Positions 38,230 through 53,001 of a DNA stretch of 64,000 nucleotides are shown piece after piece. A program made the translations under genes and the position numbers. The stretch's first letter is position 1. The number at the start of each line of letters is the position of its first letter. The stretch lies in NCBI GenBank assembly GCA_040954595.2, contig CM082588.2, positions 10,400,844-10,464,843 on the forward strand. The letters run 5' to 3'. Source of the stretch: Balanoglossus misakiensis. Its lineage: Eukaryota; Animalia; Hemichordata. The notes under the pieces were generated by a model that was given only the letters and a program-made list of their open reading frames with translations, was not told the origin of the DNA and ran no database searches.

Positions 38230-41200
38230 TCTATGTGTTCTGCGCCTCACAACAGAATTCGGTAAATAAACGAGGCTGTTTGGAAGCAACCATGGAAATT
38301 TTACAACTATCCGTCGATCTACAGAGTCTAGTGGAAAACGTTATTATGCGCATAGGCCTATATATGTGTTCTGCGCATCACAACAGAATTTTGTAAACAA
38401 ACGAGGCTGTGTTTGGAAGCAACCATGGAAATTTTAGAACTATCTCTCGATCTACAGAGTCTAGTGGAAAACTTTATTATGCACATATGCCTATCTATGT
38501 GTTCTGCGCATCACAACAGAAATCGGTAAATAAACGAGGCTGTTTGGAAGCAACCATGGAAATTTTACAACTATCCGTCGATCTACAGAGTCTGGTGGAA
38601 AACTTTCTTATGCGCATAGGCCTATTACGTGCTCTGCGCCTCACAACAGAATTCGGTAAATAAACGAGGCTGTTTGGAAGCAACCATGGACATTGTACAA
38701 CTATCCGTCGATCTACAAAGTCTAGTGGAAACGTTCTTATGCGCATAGGCCTATCAATGTGTTATGCGCATCACAACAGAAATCGGTAAATAAACGAGGC
38801 TGTATTTGGAAGCAACCATGAAATTTTACAACTATCCGTCGATCTACAGAGTCTAGTGGAAAAATGTCTCATGCGCATAGGCCTATCATGTGTTCTGCGC
38901 CTCACAACAGAAATCGGTAAATAAACGAGGCTGTTTGGAAGCAACCATGGAAATTTTACAGCTATCCGTCGATCTACAGAGTCTAGTGGAAAACGTTCTT
39001 ATGCGCATAGGCCTATCTATGTGTTATGCGCATCACAACAGAAATCGGTAAATAAACGAGGCTGTGTTTGGAAGCAACCATGGACATTTTAGAACTATCT
39101 CTCGATCTACAGAGTCTGTAGTGGAAAACTTTCTTATGCACATATGCCTATCTATGTGTTCTGCGCCTCACAACAGAATTCGGTAAATAAACGAGGCTGT
39201 TTGGAAGCAACCATGGAAATTTTACAGCTATCCGTCGATCTACAGAGTCTAGTGGAAAACGTTATTATGCGCATAGGCCTATATATGTGTTCTGCGCATC
39301 ACAACAGAATTTTGTAAACAAACGAGGCTGTGTTTGGAAGCAACCATGGACATTTTAGAACTATCTCTCGATCTACAGAGTCTATAGTGGAAAACTTTCT
39401 TATGCACATATGCCTATCTATGTGTTCTGCGCCTCACAACAGAATTCGGTAAATAAACGAGGCTGTTTGGAAGCAACCATGGAAATTTTACAACTATCCG
39501 TCGATCTACAGAGTCTAGTGGAAAACGTTATTATGCGCATAGGCCTATATATGTGTTCTGCGCATCACAACAGAATTTTGTAAACAAACGAGGCTGTGTT
39601 TGGAAGCAACCATGGAAATTTTAGAACTATCTCTCGATCTACAGAGTCTAGTGGAAAACTTTATTATGCACATATGCCTATCTATGTGTTCTGCGCATCA
39701 CAACAGAAATCGGTAAATAAACGAGGCTGTTTGGAAGCAACCATGGAAATTTTACAACTATCCGTCGATCTACAGAGTCTGGTGGAAAACTTTCTTATGC
39801 GCATAGGCCTATTACGTGCTCTGCGCCTCACAACAGAATTCGGTAAATAAACGAGGCTGTTTGGAAGCAACCATGGAAATTTTAGAACTATCCGTCGATC
39901 TACAGAGTCTAGTGGAAAAATGTCTTATGCGCATAGGCCTATCATGTGTTCTGCGCCTCACAACAGAAATCGGTAAATAAACGAGGCTGTTTGGAAGCAA
40001 CCATGGAAATTGTACAACTATCCGTCGATCTAAAGAGTCTAGTGGAAAACGTTCTTATGCGCATAGGCCTATCTATGTGTTATGCGCATCACAACAGAAA
40101 TCGGTAAATAAACGAGGCTGTATTTGGAAGCAACCATGAAATTTTACAACTATCCGTCGATCTACAGAGTCTGGTGGAAAACTTCCTTATGCGCATAGAC
40201 CTATTACGTGTTCTGCGCCTCACAACAGAATTCGGTAAATAAACGAGGCTGTTTGGAAGCAACCATGGACATTGTAGAACTATCCGTCGATCTACAAAGT
40301 CTAGTGGAAACGTTCTTATGCGCATAGGCCTATCAATGTGTTATGCGCATCACAACAGAAATCGGTAAATAAACGAGGCTGTATTTGGAAGCAACCATGA
40401 AATTTTACAACTATCCGTCGATCTACAGAGTCTAGTGGAAAAATGTCTCATGCGCATAGGCCTATCATGTGTTCTGCGCCTCACAACAGAAATCGGTAAA
40501 TAAACGAGGCTGTTTGGAAGCAACCATGGAAATTTTACAGCTATCCGTCGATCTACAGAGTCTAGTGGAAAAATGTCTCATGCGCATAGGCCTATCATGT
40601 GTTCTGCGCCTCACAACAGAAATCGGTAAATAAACGAGGCTGTTTGGAAGCAACCATGGAAATTTTACAGCTATCCGTCGATCTACAGAGTCTAGTGGAA
40701 ACGTTCTTATGCGCATAGGCCTATATATGTGTTCTGCGCATCACAACAGAATTTTGTAAACAAACGAGGCTGTGTTTGGTAGCAACCATGGACATTTTAG
40801 AACTATCTCTCGATCTACAGAGTCTATAGTGGAAAACTTTCTTATGCACATATGCCTATCTATGTGTTCTGCGCCTCACAACAGAATTCGGTAAATAAAC
40901 GAGGCTGTTTGGAAGCAACCATGGAAATTTTACAACTATCCGTCGATCTACAGAGTCTAGTGGAAAACGTTATTATGCGCATAGGCCTATATATGTGTTC
41001 TGCGCATCACAACAGAATTTTGTAAACAAACGAGGCTGTGTTTGGAAGCAACCATGGAAATTTTAGAACTATCTCTCGATCTACAGAGTCTAGTGGAAAA
41101 CTTAATTATGCACATATGCCTATCTATGTGTTCTGCGCATCACAACAGAAATCGGTAAATAAACGAGGCTGTTTGGAAGCAACCATGGAAATTTTACAAC

Positions 41201-44140
41201 TATCCGTCGATCTACAGAGTCTGGTGGAAAACTTTCTTATGCGCATAGGCCTATTACGTGCTCTGCGCCTCACAACAGAATTCGGTAAATAAACGAGGCT
41301 GTTTGGAAGCAACCATGGACATTGTACAACTATCCGTCGATCTACAAAGTCTAGTGGAAACGTTCTTATGCGCATAGGCCTATCAATGTGTTATGCGCAT
41401 CACAACAGAAATCGGTAAATAAACGAGGCTGTATTTGGAAGCAACCATGAAATTTTACAACTATCCGTCGATCTACAGAGTCTAGTGGAAAAATGTCTCA
41501 TGCGCATAGGCCTATCATGTGTTCTGCGCCTCACAACAGAAATCGGTAAATAAACGAGGCTGTTTGGAAGCAACCATGGAAATTTTACAGCTATCCGTCG
41601 ATCTACAGAGTCTAGTGGAAAACGTTCTTATGCGCATAGGCCTATCTATGTGTTATGCGCATCACAACAGAAATCGGTAAATAAACGAGGCTGTGTTTGG
41701 AAGCAACCATGGACATTTTAGAACTATCTCTCGATCTACAGAGTCTGTAGTGGAAAACTTTCTTATGCACATATGCCTATCTATGTGTTCTGCGCCTCAC
41801 AACAGAATTCGGTAAATAAACGAGGCTGTTTGGAAGCAACCATGGAAATTTTACAGCGATCCGTCGATCTACAGAGTCTAGTGGAAAACGTTATTATGCG
41901 CATAGGCCTATATATGTGTTCTGCGCATCACAACAGAATTTTGTAAACAAACGAGGCTGTGTTTGGAAGCAACCATGGACATTTTAGAACTATCTCTCGA
42001 TCTACAGAGTCTATAGTGGAAAACTTTCTTATGCACATATGCCTATCTATGTGTTCTGCGCCTCACAACAGAATTCGGTAAATAAACGAGGCTGTTTGGA
42101 AGCAACCATGGAAATTTTACAACTATCCGTCGATCTACAGAGTCTAGTGGAAAACGTTATTATGCGCATAGGCCTATATATGTGTTCTGCGCATCACAAC
42201 AGAATTTTGTAAACAAACGAGGCTGTGTTTGGAAGCAACCATGGAAATTTTAGAACTATCTCTCGATCTACAGAGTCTAGTGGAAAACTTTATTATGCAC
42301 ATATGCCTATCTATGTGTTCTGCGCATCACAACAGAAATCGGTAAATAAACGAGGCTGTTTGGAAGCAACCATGGAAATTTTACAACTATCCGTCGATCT
42401 ACAGAGTCTGGTGGAAAACTTTCTTATGCGCATAGGCCTATTACGTGCTCTGCGCCTCACAACAGAATTCGGTAAATAAACGAGGCTGTTTGGAAGCAAC
42501 CATGGAAATTTTAGAACTATCCGTCGATCTACAGAGTCTAGTGGAAAAATGTCTTATGCGCATAGGCCTATCATGTGTTCTGCGCCTCACAACAGAAATC
42601 GGTAAATAAACGAGGCTGTTTGGAAGCAACCATGGAAATTTTACAACTATCCGTCGATCTACAGAGTCTAGTGGAAAACGTTATTATGCGCATAGGCCTA
42701 TATATGTGTTCTGCGCATCACAACAGAATTTTGTAAACAAACGAGGCTGTGTTTGGAAGCAACCATGGAAATTTTAGAACTATCTCTCGATCTACAGAGT
42801 CTAGTGGAAAACTTTATTATGCACATATGCCTATCTATGTGTTCTGCGCATCACAACAGAAATCGGTAAATAAACGAGGCTGTTTGGAAGCAACCATGGA
42901 AATTTTACAACTATCCGTCGATCTACAGAGTCTGGTGGAAAACTTTCTTATGCGCATAGGCCTATTACGTGCTCTGCGCCTCACAACAGAATTCGGTAAA
43001 TAAACGAGGCTGTTTGGAAGCAACCATGGAAATTTTAGAACTATCCGTCGATCTACAGAGTCTAGTGGAAAAATGTCTTATGCGCATAGGCCTATCATGT
43101 GTTCTGCGCCTCACAACAGAAATCGGTAAATAAACGAGGCTGTTTGGAAGCAACCATGGAAATTGTACAACTATCCGTCGATCTAAAGAGTCTAGTGGAA
43201 AACGTTCTTATGCGCATAGGCCTATCTATGTGTTATGCGCATCACAACAGAAATCGGTAAATAAACGAGGCTGTATTTGGAAGCAACCATGAAATTTTAC
43301 AACTATCCGTCGATCTACAGAGTCTGGTGGAAAACTTCCTTATGCGCATAGACCTATTACGTGTTCTGCGCCTCACAACAGAATTCGGTAAATAAACGAG
43401 GCTGTTTGGAAGCAACCATGGACATTGTAGAACTATCCGTCGATCTACAAAGTCTAGTGGAAACGTTCTTATGCGCATAGGCCTATCAATGTGTTATGCG
43501 CATCACAACAGAAATCGGTAAATAAACGAGGCTGTATTTGGAAGCAACCATGAAATTTTACAACTATCCGTCGATCTACAGAGTCTAGTGGAAAAATGTC
43601 TCATGCGCATAGGCCTATCATGTGTTCTGCGCCTCACAACAGAAATCGGTAAATAAACGAGGCTGTTTGGAAGCAACCATGGAAATTTTACAGCTATCCG
43701 TCGATCTACAGAGTCTAGTGGAAAAATGTCTCATGCGCATAGGCCTATCATGTGTTCTGCGCCTCACAACAGAAATCGGTAAATAAACGAGGCTGTTTGG
43801 AAGCAACCATGGAAATTTTACAGCTATCCGTCGATCTACAGAGTCTAGTGGAAACGTTCTTATGCGCATAGGCCTATATATGTGTTCTGCGCATCACAAC
43901 AGAATTTTGTAAACAAACGAGGCTGAGTTTGGTAGCAACCATGGACATTTTAGAACTATCTCTCGATCTACAGAGTCTATAGTGGAAAACTTTCTTATGC
44001 ACATATGCCTATCTATGTGTTCTGCGCCTCACAACAGAATTCGGTAAATAAACGAGGCTGTTTGGAAGCAACCATGGAAATTTTACAACTATCCGTCGAT
44101 CTACAGAGTCTAGTGGAAAACGTTATTATGCGCATAGGCC
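38230..44140. repeat. Tandem duplication of a 2629-bp satellite block, with a nested 524-bp (4-mer) duplication in copy 2
   Basis: Offsets are 2629 (38409/41038, 39596/42225), 524 (42225/42749) and 3153 = 2629+524 (40089/43242, 40465/43618). Shared variants include CCTATCAATG and GATCTAAAGAG. Boundaries are approximate. Confidence 0.85.
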
Positions 44141-47100
44141 TATATATGTGTTCTGCGCATCACAACAGAATTTTGTAAACAAACGAGGCTGTGTTTGGAA
44201 GCAACCATGGACATTTTAGAACTATCTCTCGATCTACAGAGTCTATAGTGGAAAACTTTCTTATGCACATACGCCTATCAATGTGTTCTGTGCCTCACAA
44301 CAGAATTCGGTAAATAAACGAGGCTGTTTGGAAGCAACCATGGAAATTTTAGAACTATCCGTCGATCTACAGAGTCTAGTGGAAAACGTTCTTATGCGCA
44401 TAGGCCTATATATGTGTTCTGCGCATCACAACAGAATTTTGTAAACAAACGAGGCTGTGTTTGGAAGCAACCATGGAAATTTTAGAACTATCTCTCGATG
44501 TACAGAGTCTATAGTGGAAAACTTTCTTATGCACATATGCCTATCTATGTGTTCTGCGCCTCAAAACAGAATTCCGTCAATAAACGAGGCTGTTTGGAAG
44601 CAACCATGGACATTTTAGAACTATTCGTCGATCTACGGAGTCTAGTGGAAAACTTTCTTATGCGCATAGGCATATGTATGTGTTCTACGCATCACAACAG
44701 AATTCGGTAAATAAACGAGGCTGTTTGGAAACAACCATGGAAATTTTTGAACTATCCGTTGATCTAAAGTTGAAAAGTTTTTTATGCGCATAGGCCTATC
44801 TATGTGTTCTGCGCCTCACAACAGAAATCGGTAAATAAACGAGGCTGTTTGGAAGCAACCATGGAAATTTTACAACTATCTCTCGATCTACAGAGTCTAT
44901 AGTGGAAAACTTTCTTATTCACATATGCCTATCTATGTGTTCTGCGCCTCAAAACAGAATTCCGCAAATAAACGAGGCTGTTTGGAAGCAAACATGGAAG
45001 TTTTAGAACTATCTCTGGATCTACAGTGTATAGTGGAAAACGTTCATATGCGCACAGGCCTATCTATGTGTTCTGCGCATCACAACAGAATTTTGTAAAC
45101 AATCGAGGATGTGTTTGGAAGAAATCATGGAAATTTTAGAACTATCCGTCGATCTACAGAGTCTAGTGGGAAACTTTCTTATGCGCATAGGCATATGTAT
45201 GTGTTCAGCGCATCACAACAGAATTTTGTAAATGAACGAGGCTGTGTTTGGAAACAACCATGGAACTTTTACAACTATCCGTCGATCTACGGAGTCTGGT
45301 GGAAAACTTTCTTATGCGCATAGGCCTATTGCGTGCTCTGCGCCTCACAACAGAATTCGGTAAATAAACGAGGCTGTTTGGAAGCAACCATGGAAATTTT
45401 AGAACTATCCGTCGATCTACAGAGTCTAGTGGAAAAATGTCTTATGCGCATAGGCCTATCATGTGTTCTGCGCCTCACAACAGAAATCGGTAAATAAACG
45501 AGGCTGTTTGGAAGCAACCATGGAAATTGTACAACTATCCGTCGATCTACATAGTCTAGTGGAAAACGTTCTTATGCGCATAGGCCTATCTATGTGTTAT
45601 GCGCATCACAACAGAAATCGGTAAATAAACGAGGCTGTATTTGGAAGCAACCATGAAATTTTACAACTATCCGTCGATCTACAGAGTCTGGTGGAAAACT
45701 TCCTTATGCGCATAGACCTATTACGTGTTCTGCGCCTCACAACAGAATTCGGTAAATAAACGATGCTGTTTGGAAGCAACCATGGAAATTGTACAACTAT
45801 CCGTCGATCTACAGAGTCTAGTGGAAAACGTTCTTATGCGCATAGGCCTATCTATGTGTTATGCGCATCACAACAGAAATCGGTAAATAAACGAGGCTGT
45901 GTTTGGAAGCAACCATGGACATTTTAGAACTATCTCTCGATCTACAGAGTCTATAGTGGAAAACTTTCTTATGCACATATGCCTATCTATGTGTTCTGCG
46001 CCTCACAACAGAAATCGGTAAATAAACGAGGCTGTTTAAAAGCAACCATGGAAATTTTACAGCTATCCGTCGATCTACAGAGTCTAGTGGAAACGTTCTT
46101 ATGCGCATAGGCCTATATATGTGTTCTGCGCATCATAACAGAATTTTGTAAACAAACGAGGCTGTGTTTGGGAGCAACCATGGACATTTTAGAACTATCT
46201 CTCGATCTACAGAGTCTATAGTGGAAAACTTTCTTATGCACATATGCCTATCTATGTGTTCTGCGCCTCACAACAGAAATCGGTAAATAAACGAGGCTGT
46301 TTAAAAGCAACCATGGAAATTTTACAGCTATCCGTCGATCTACAGAGTCTAGTGGAAACGTTCTGATGCGCATAGGCCTATATATGTGTTCTGCGCATCA
46401 CAACAGAATTTTGTAAACAAACGAGGCTGTGTTTGGAAGCAACCATGGACATTTTAGAACTATCTCTCGATCTATAGAGTCTATAGTGGAAAACTTTCTT
46501 ATGCACATATGCCTATCTATGTGTTCTGCGCCTCACAACAGAATTCGGTAAATAAACGAGGCTGTTTGGAAGCAACCATGGAAATTTTACAACTATCCGT
46601 CGATCTACAGAGTCTAGTGGAAAACGTTATTATGCGCATAGGCCTATATATGTGTTCTGCGCATCACAACAGAATTTTGTAAACAAACGAGGCTGTGTTT
46701 GGAAGCAACCATGGAAATTTTAGAACTATCTCTCGATCTACAGAGTCTAGTGGAAAACTTTATTATGCACATATGCCTATCTATGTGTTCTGCGCATCAC
46801 AACAGAAATCGGTAAATAAACGAGGCTGTTTGGAAGCAACCATGGAAATTGTACAACTATCCGTCGATCTACAGAGTCTGGTGGAAAACTTTCTTATGCG
46901 CATAGGCCTATTACGTGCTCTGCGCCTCACAACAGAATTCGGTAAATAAACGAGGCTGTTTGGAAGCAACCATGGAAATTTTACAACTATCCGTCGATCT
47001 ACAGAGTCTAGTGGAAAAATGTCTTATGCGCATAGGCCTATCATGTGTTCTGCGCCTCACAACAGAATTCGGTAAATAAACGAGGCTGTTTGGAAGCAAC

Positions 47101-50100
47101 CATGGAAATTTTACAACTATCCGTCGATCTACAGAGTCTAGTGGAAAACGTTATTATGCGCATAGGCCTATATATGTGTTCTGCGCATCACAACAGAATT
47201 TTGTAAACAAACGAGGCTGTGTTTGGAAGCAACCATGGACATTTTAGAACTATCTCTCGATCTACAGAGTCTATAGTGGAAAACTTTCTTATGCACATAG
47301 GCCTATCTATGTGTTCTGCGCCTCACAACAGAAATCGGTAAATAAACGAGGCTGTATTTAGAAGCAACCATGAAATTTTACAACTATCCGTCGATCTACA
47401 GAGTCTAGTGGAAAAATGTCTCATGCGCATAGGCCTATCATGTGTTCTGCGCCTCACAACAGAAATCGGTAAATAAACGAGGCTGTTTGGAAGCAACCAT
47501 GGAAATTTTACAACTATCCGTCGATCTACAGAGTCTAGTGGAAAACGTTATTATGCGCATAGGCCTATATATGTGTTCTGCGCATCACAACAGAATTTTG
47601 TAAACAAACGAGGCTGTGTTTGGAAGCAACCATGGACATTTTAGAACTATCTCTCGATCTACAGAGTCTATAGTGGAAAACTTTCTTATGCACATAGGCC
47701 TATCTATGTGTTCTGCGCCTCACAACAGAAATCGGTAAATAAACGAGGCTGTATTTGGAAGCAACCATGAAATTTTACAACTATCCGTCGATCTACAGAG
47801 TCTAGTGGAAAAATGTCTCATGCGCATAGGCCTATCATGTGTTCTGCGCCTCACAACAGAAATCGGTAAATAAACGAGGCTGTTTGGAAGCAACCATGGA
47901 AATTTTACAACTATCCGTCGATCTACAGAGTCTAGTGGAAAACGTTATTATGCGCATAGGCCTATATATGTGTTCTGCGCATCACAACAGAATTTTGTAA
48001 ACAAACGAGGCTGTGTTTGGAAGCAACCATGGACATTTTAGAACTATCTCTCGATCTACAGAGTCTATAGTGGAAAACTTTCTTATGCACATAGGCCTAT
48101 CTATGTGTTCTGCGCCTCACAACAGAAATCGGTAAATAAACGAGGCTGTATTTGGAAGCAACCATGAAATTTTACAACTATCCGTCGATCTACAGAGTCT
48201 AGTGGAAAAATGTCTCATGCGCATAGGCCTATCATGTGTTCTGCGCCTCACAACAGAAATCGGTAAATAAACGAGGCTGTTTAAAAGCAACCATGGAAAT
48301 TTTACAGCTATCCGTCGATCTACAGAGTCTAGTAGAAACGTTATTATGCACATATGCCTATCTATGTGTTCTGCGCATCACAACAGAAATCGGTAAATAA
48401 ACGAGGCTGTTTGGAAGCAACCATGGAAATTTTACAACTATCCGTCGATCTACAGAGTCTGGTGGAAAACTTTCTTATGCGCATAGGCCTATTACGTGCT
48501 CTGCGCCTCACAACAGAATTCGGTAAATAAACGAGGCTGTTTGGAAGCAACCATGGAACTTTTAGAACTATCCGTCGATCTACAGAGTCTAGTGGAAAAA
48601 TGTCTTATGCGCATAGGCCTATCATGTGTTCTGCGCCTCACAACAGAAATCGGTAAATAAACGAAGCTGTTTGGAAGCAACCATGGAAATTGTACAACTA
48701 TCCGTCGATCTACAGAGTCTAGTGTAAAACGTTCTAATGCGCATAGGCCTATCTATGTGTTATGCGCATCACAACAGAAATCGGTAAATAAACGAGGCTG
48801 TATTTGGAAGCAACCATGAAATTTTACAGCAATCCGTCGATCTACAGAGTCTAGTGGAAACGTTCTTATGCGCATAGGCCTATATATGTGTTCTGCGCAT
48901 CACAACAGAATTTTGTAAACAAACAAGGCTGTGTATGGTAGCAACCATGGACATTTTAGAACTATCTCTCGATCTACAGAGTCTATAGTGGAAAACTTTC
49001 TTATGCACATATGCCTATCTATGTGTTCTGCGCCTCACAACAGAATTCGGTAAATAAACGAGGCTGTTTGGAAGCAACCATGGAAATTTTACAACTATCC
49101 GTCGATCTACAGAGTCTAGTGGAAAACGTTATTATGCGCATAGGCCTATATATGTGTTCTGCGCATCACAACAGAATTTTGTAAACAAACGAGGCTGTGT
49201 TTGGAAGCAACCATGGACATTTTAGAACTATCTCTCGATCTACAGAGTCTATAGTGGAAAACTTTCTTATGCACATAGGCCTATCTATGTGTTCTGCGCC
49301 TCACAACAGAAATCGGTAAATAAACGAGGCTGTATTTGGAAGCAACCATGAAATTTTACAACTATCCGTCGATCTACAGAGTCTAGTGGAAAAATGTCTC
49401 ATGCGCATAGGCCTATCATGTGTTCTGCGCCTCACAACAGAAATCGGTAAATAAACGAGGCTGTTTGGAAGCAACCATGGAAATTTTACAACTATCCGTC
49501 GATCTACAGAGTCTAGTGGAAAACGTTATTATGCGCATAGGCCTATATATGTGTTCTGCGCATCACAACAGAATTTTGTAAACAAACGAGGCTGTGTTTG
49601 GAAGCAACCATGGACATTTTAGAACTATCTCTCGATCTACAGAGTCTATAGTGGAAAACTTTCTTATGCACATAGGCCTATCTATGTGTTCTGCGCCTCA
49701 CAACAGAAATCGGTAAATAAACGAGGCTGTATTTGGAAGCAACCATGAAATTTTACAACTATCCGTCGATCTACAGAGTCTAGTGGAAAACGTTCTTATG
49801 CGCATAGGCCTATATGTGTTCTGCGCATCACAAAAGAATTTTGTAAACAAACGAGGCTGTGTTTGGAAGCAACCATGGACATTTTAGAACTATCTCTCGA
49901 TCTACAGAGTATAGTGGAAAACGTTCATATGCGCATAGGCCTATCTATGTGTTCTGCGCATCACAACAGAATTTTGTAAACAAACCAGGCTTTGTTTGGA
50001 AGCAACCATGGACATTTTAGAACTATTCGTCGATCTACGGAGTCTAGTGGAAAACTTTCTTATGCGCATAGGCATATGTATGTGTTCTACGCATCACAAC

Positions 50101-53001
50101 AGAATTCGGTAAATAAACGAGGCTGTTTGGAAACAACCATGGAAATTTTAGAACTATCCGTTGATCTAAAGTTGAAAAGTTTTTTATGCGCATAGGCCTA
50201 TCTATGTGTTCTGCGCCACACAACAGAAATCGGTAAATAAACGAGGCTGTTTGGAAGCAACCATGGAAATTTTACAACTATCTCTCGATCTACAGAGTCT
50301 ATAGTGGAAAACTTTCTTATTCACATATGCCTATCTATGTGTTCTGCGCCTCAAAACAGAATTCCGCAAATAAACGAGGCTGTTTGGAAGCAAACATGGA
50401 AGTTTTAGAACTATCTCTCGATCTACAGTGTATAGTGGAAAACGTTCATATGCGCATAGGCCTATCTATGTGTTCTGCGCATCACAACAGAATTTTGTAA
50501 ACAAACGAGGCTGTGTTTGGTAGCAACCATGGACATTTTAGAACTATCTCTCGATCTACAGAGTCTATAGTGGAAAACTTTCTTATGCACATATGCCTAT
50601 CTATGTGTTCTGCGCCTCACAACAGAATTCGGTAAATAAACGAGGCTGTTTGGAAGCAACCATGGAAATTTTACAACTATCCGTCGATCTACGGAGTCTG
50701 GTGGAAAACTTTCTTATGCGCATAGGCCTATTACGTGTTCTGCGTCTCACAACAGAATTCGGTAAATAAACGAGGCTGTTTGGAAGCAACCATGGAAATT
50801 TTAGAACTATCTCTCGATCTACAGAGTCTAGTGGAAAACGTTCTTATGCGCATAGGCCTATATATGTGTTCTGCGCATCACAACAGAATTCGTAAACAAA
50901 CGAGGTTGTTTGGAAGCAACCATGGAAATTTTACAACTATCCGTCGATCTACAGAGTCTAGTGGAAAAATGTCTTATGCGCATTGGCCTATCATGTGTTC
51001 TGCGCCTCACAACAGAAATCAGTAAATAAACGAGGCTGTTTGGAAGCAACCATGGAAATTTTACAACTATCAGTCCATCTACAGAGTCTGGTGGAAAACT
51101 TTCTTATGCGCATAGGCCTATAACGTGTTCTGCGCCTAACAACAGAATTCGGTAAATAAACGAGGCTGTTTGGAAGCAACCATGGAAATTTTACAACTAT
51201 CCGTCGATCTACAGAGTCTAGTGGAAACGTTCTTATGCGCATAGGCCTATATATGTGTTCTGCGCATCACAACAGAATTTTGTAAACAAACGAGGCTGTG
51301 TTTGGTAGCAACCATGGACATTTTAGAACTATCTCTCGATCTACAGAGTCTATAGTGGAAAACTTTCTTATGCACATATGCCTATCTATGTGTTCTGCGC
51401 CTCACAACAGAATTCGGTAAATAAACGAGGCTGTTTGGAAGCAACCATGGAAATTTTACAACTATCCGTCGATCTACAGAGTCTAGTGGAAAACGTTATT
51501 ATGCGCATAGGCCTATATATGTGTTCTGCGCATCACAACAGAATTTTGTAAACAAACGAGGCTGTGTTTGGAAGCAACCATGGACATTTTAGAACTATCT
51601 CTCGATCTACAGAGTCTATAGTGGAAAACTTTCTTATGCACATAGGCCTATCTATGTGTTCTGTGCCTTACAACAGAATTCGGTAAATAAACGAGGCTGT
51701 TTGGAAGCAACCATGGAAATTTTACAACTATCCGTCGATGTACAGAGTCTAGTGGAAAACGTTATTATGCGCATAGGCCTATATATGTGTTCTGCGCATC
51801 ACAACAGAATTTTGTAAACAAACGAGGCTGTGTTTGGAAGCAACCATGGACATTTTAGAACTATCTCTCGATCTACAGAGTCTATAGTGGAAAACTTTCT
51901 TATGCACATATGCCTATCTATGTGTTCTGCGCCTCAAAACAGAATTCCGTAAATAAACGAGGCTGTTTGGAAGCAAACATGGAAATTTTAGAACTATCTC
52001 TCGATCTACAGAGTATAGTGGAAAACGTTCATATGCGCATAGGCCTATCTATGTGTTCTGCGCATCACAACAGAATTTTGTAAACAAACCAGGCTTTGTT
52101 TGGAAGCAACCATGGACATTTTAGAACTATTCGTCGATCTACGGAGTCTAGTGGAAAACTTTCTTATGCGCATAGGCATATGTATGTGTTCTACGCATCA
52201 CAACAGAATTCGGTAAATAAACGAGGCTGTTTGGAAACAACCATGGAAATTTTAGAACTATCCGTTGATCTAAAGTTGAAAAGTTTTTTATGCGCATAGG
52301 CCTATCTATGTGTTCTGCGCCTCACAACAGAAATCGGTAAATAAACGAGGCTGTTTGGAAGCAACCATGGAAATTTTACAACTATCTCTCGATCTACAGA
52401 GTCTATAGTGGAAAACTTTCTTATTCACATATGCCTATCTATGTGTTCTGCGCCTCAAAACAGAATTCCGCAAATAAACGAGGCTGTTTGGAAGCAAACA
52501 TGGAAGTTTTAGAACTATCTCTCGATCTACAGTGTATGGTGGAAAACGTTCATATGCGCATAGGCCTATCTATGTGTTCTGCGCATCACAACAGAATTTT
52601 GTAAACAAACGAGGCTGTGTTTGGTAGCAACCATGGACATTTTAGAACTATCTCTCGATCTACAGAGTCTATAGTGGAAAACTTTCTTATGCACATATGC
52701 CTATCTATGTGTTCTGCGCCTCACAACAGAATTCGGTAAATAAACGAGGCTGTTTGGAAGCAACCATGGAAATTTTACAACTATCCGTCGATCTACGGAG
52801 TCTGGTGGAAAACTTTCTTATGCGCATAGCCCTATATATGTGTTCTGCGCATCACAACAGAATTTTGTAAACAAACGAGGCTGTGTTTGGTAGCAACCAT
52901 GGACATTTTAGAACTATCTCTCGATCTACAGAGTCTATAGTGGAAAACTTTCTTATGCACATAGGCCTATCTATGTGTTCTGCGCCTCACAACAGAATTC
53001 G

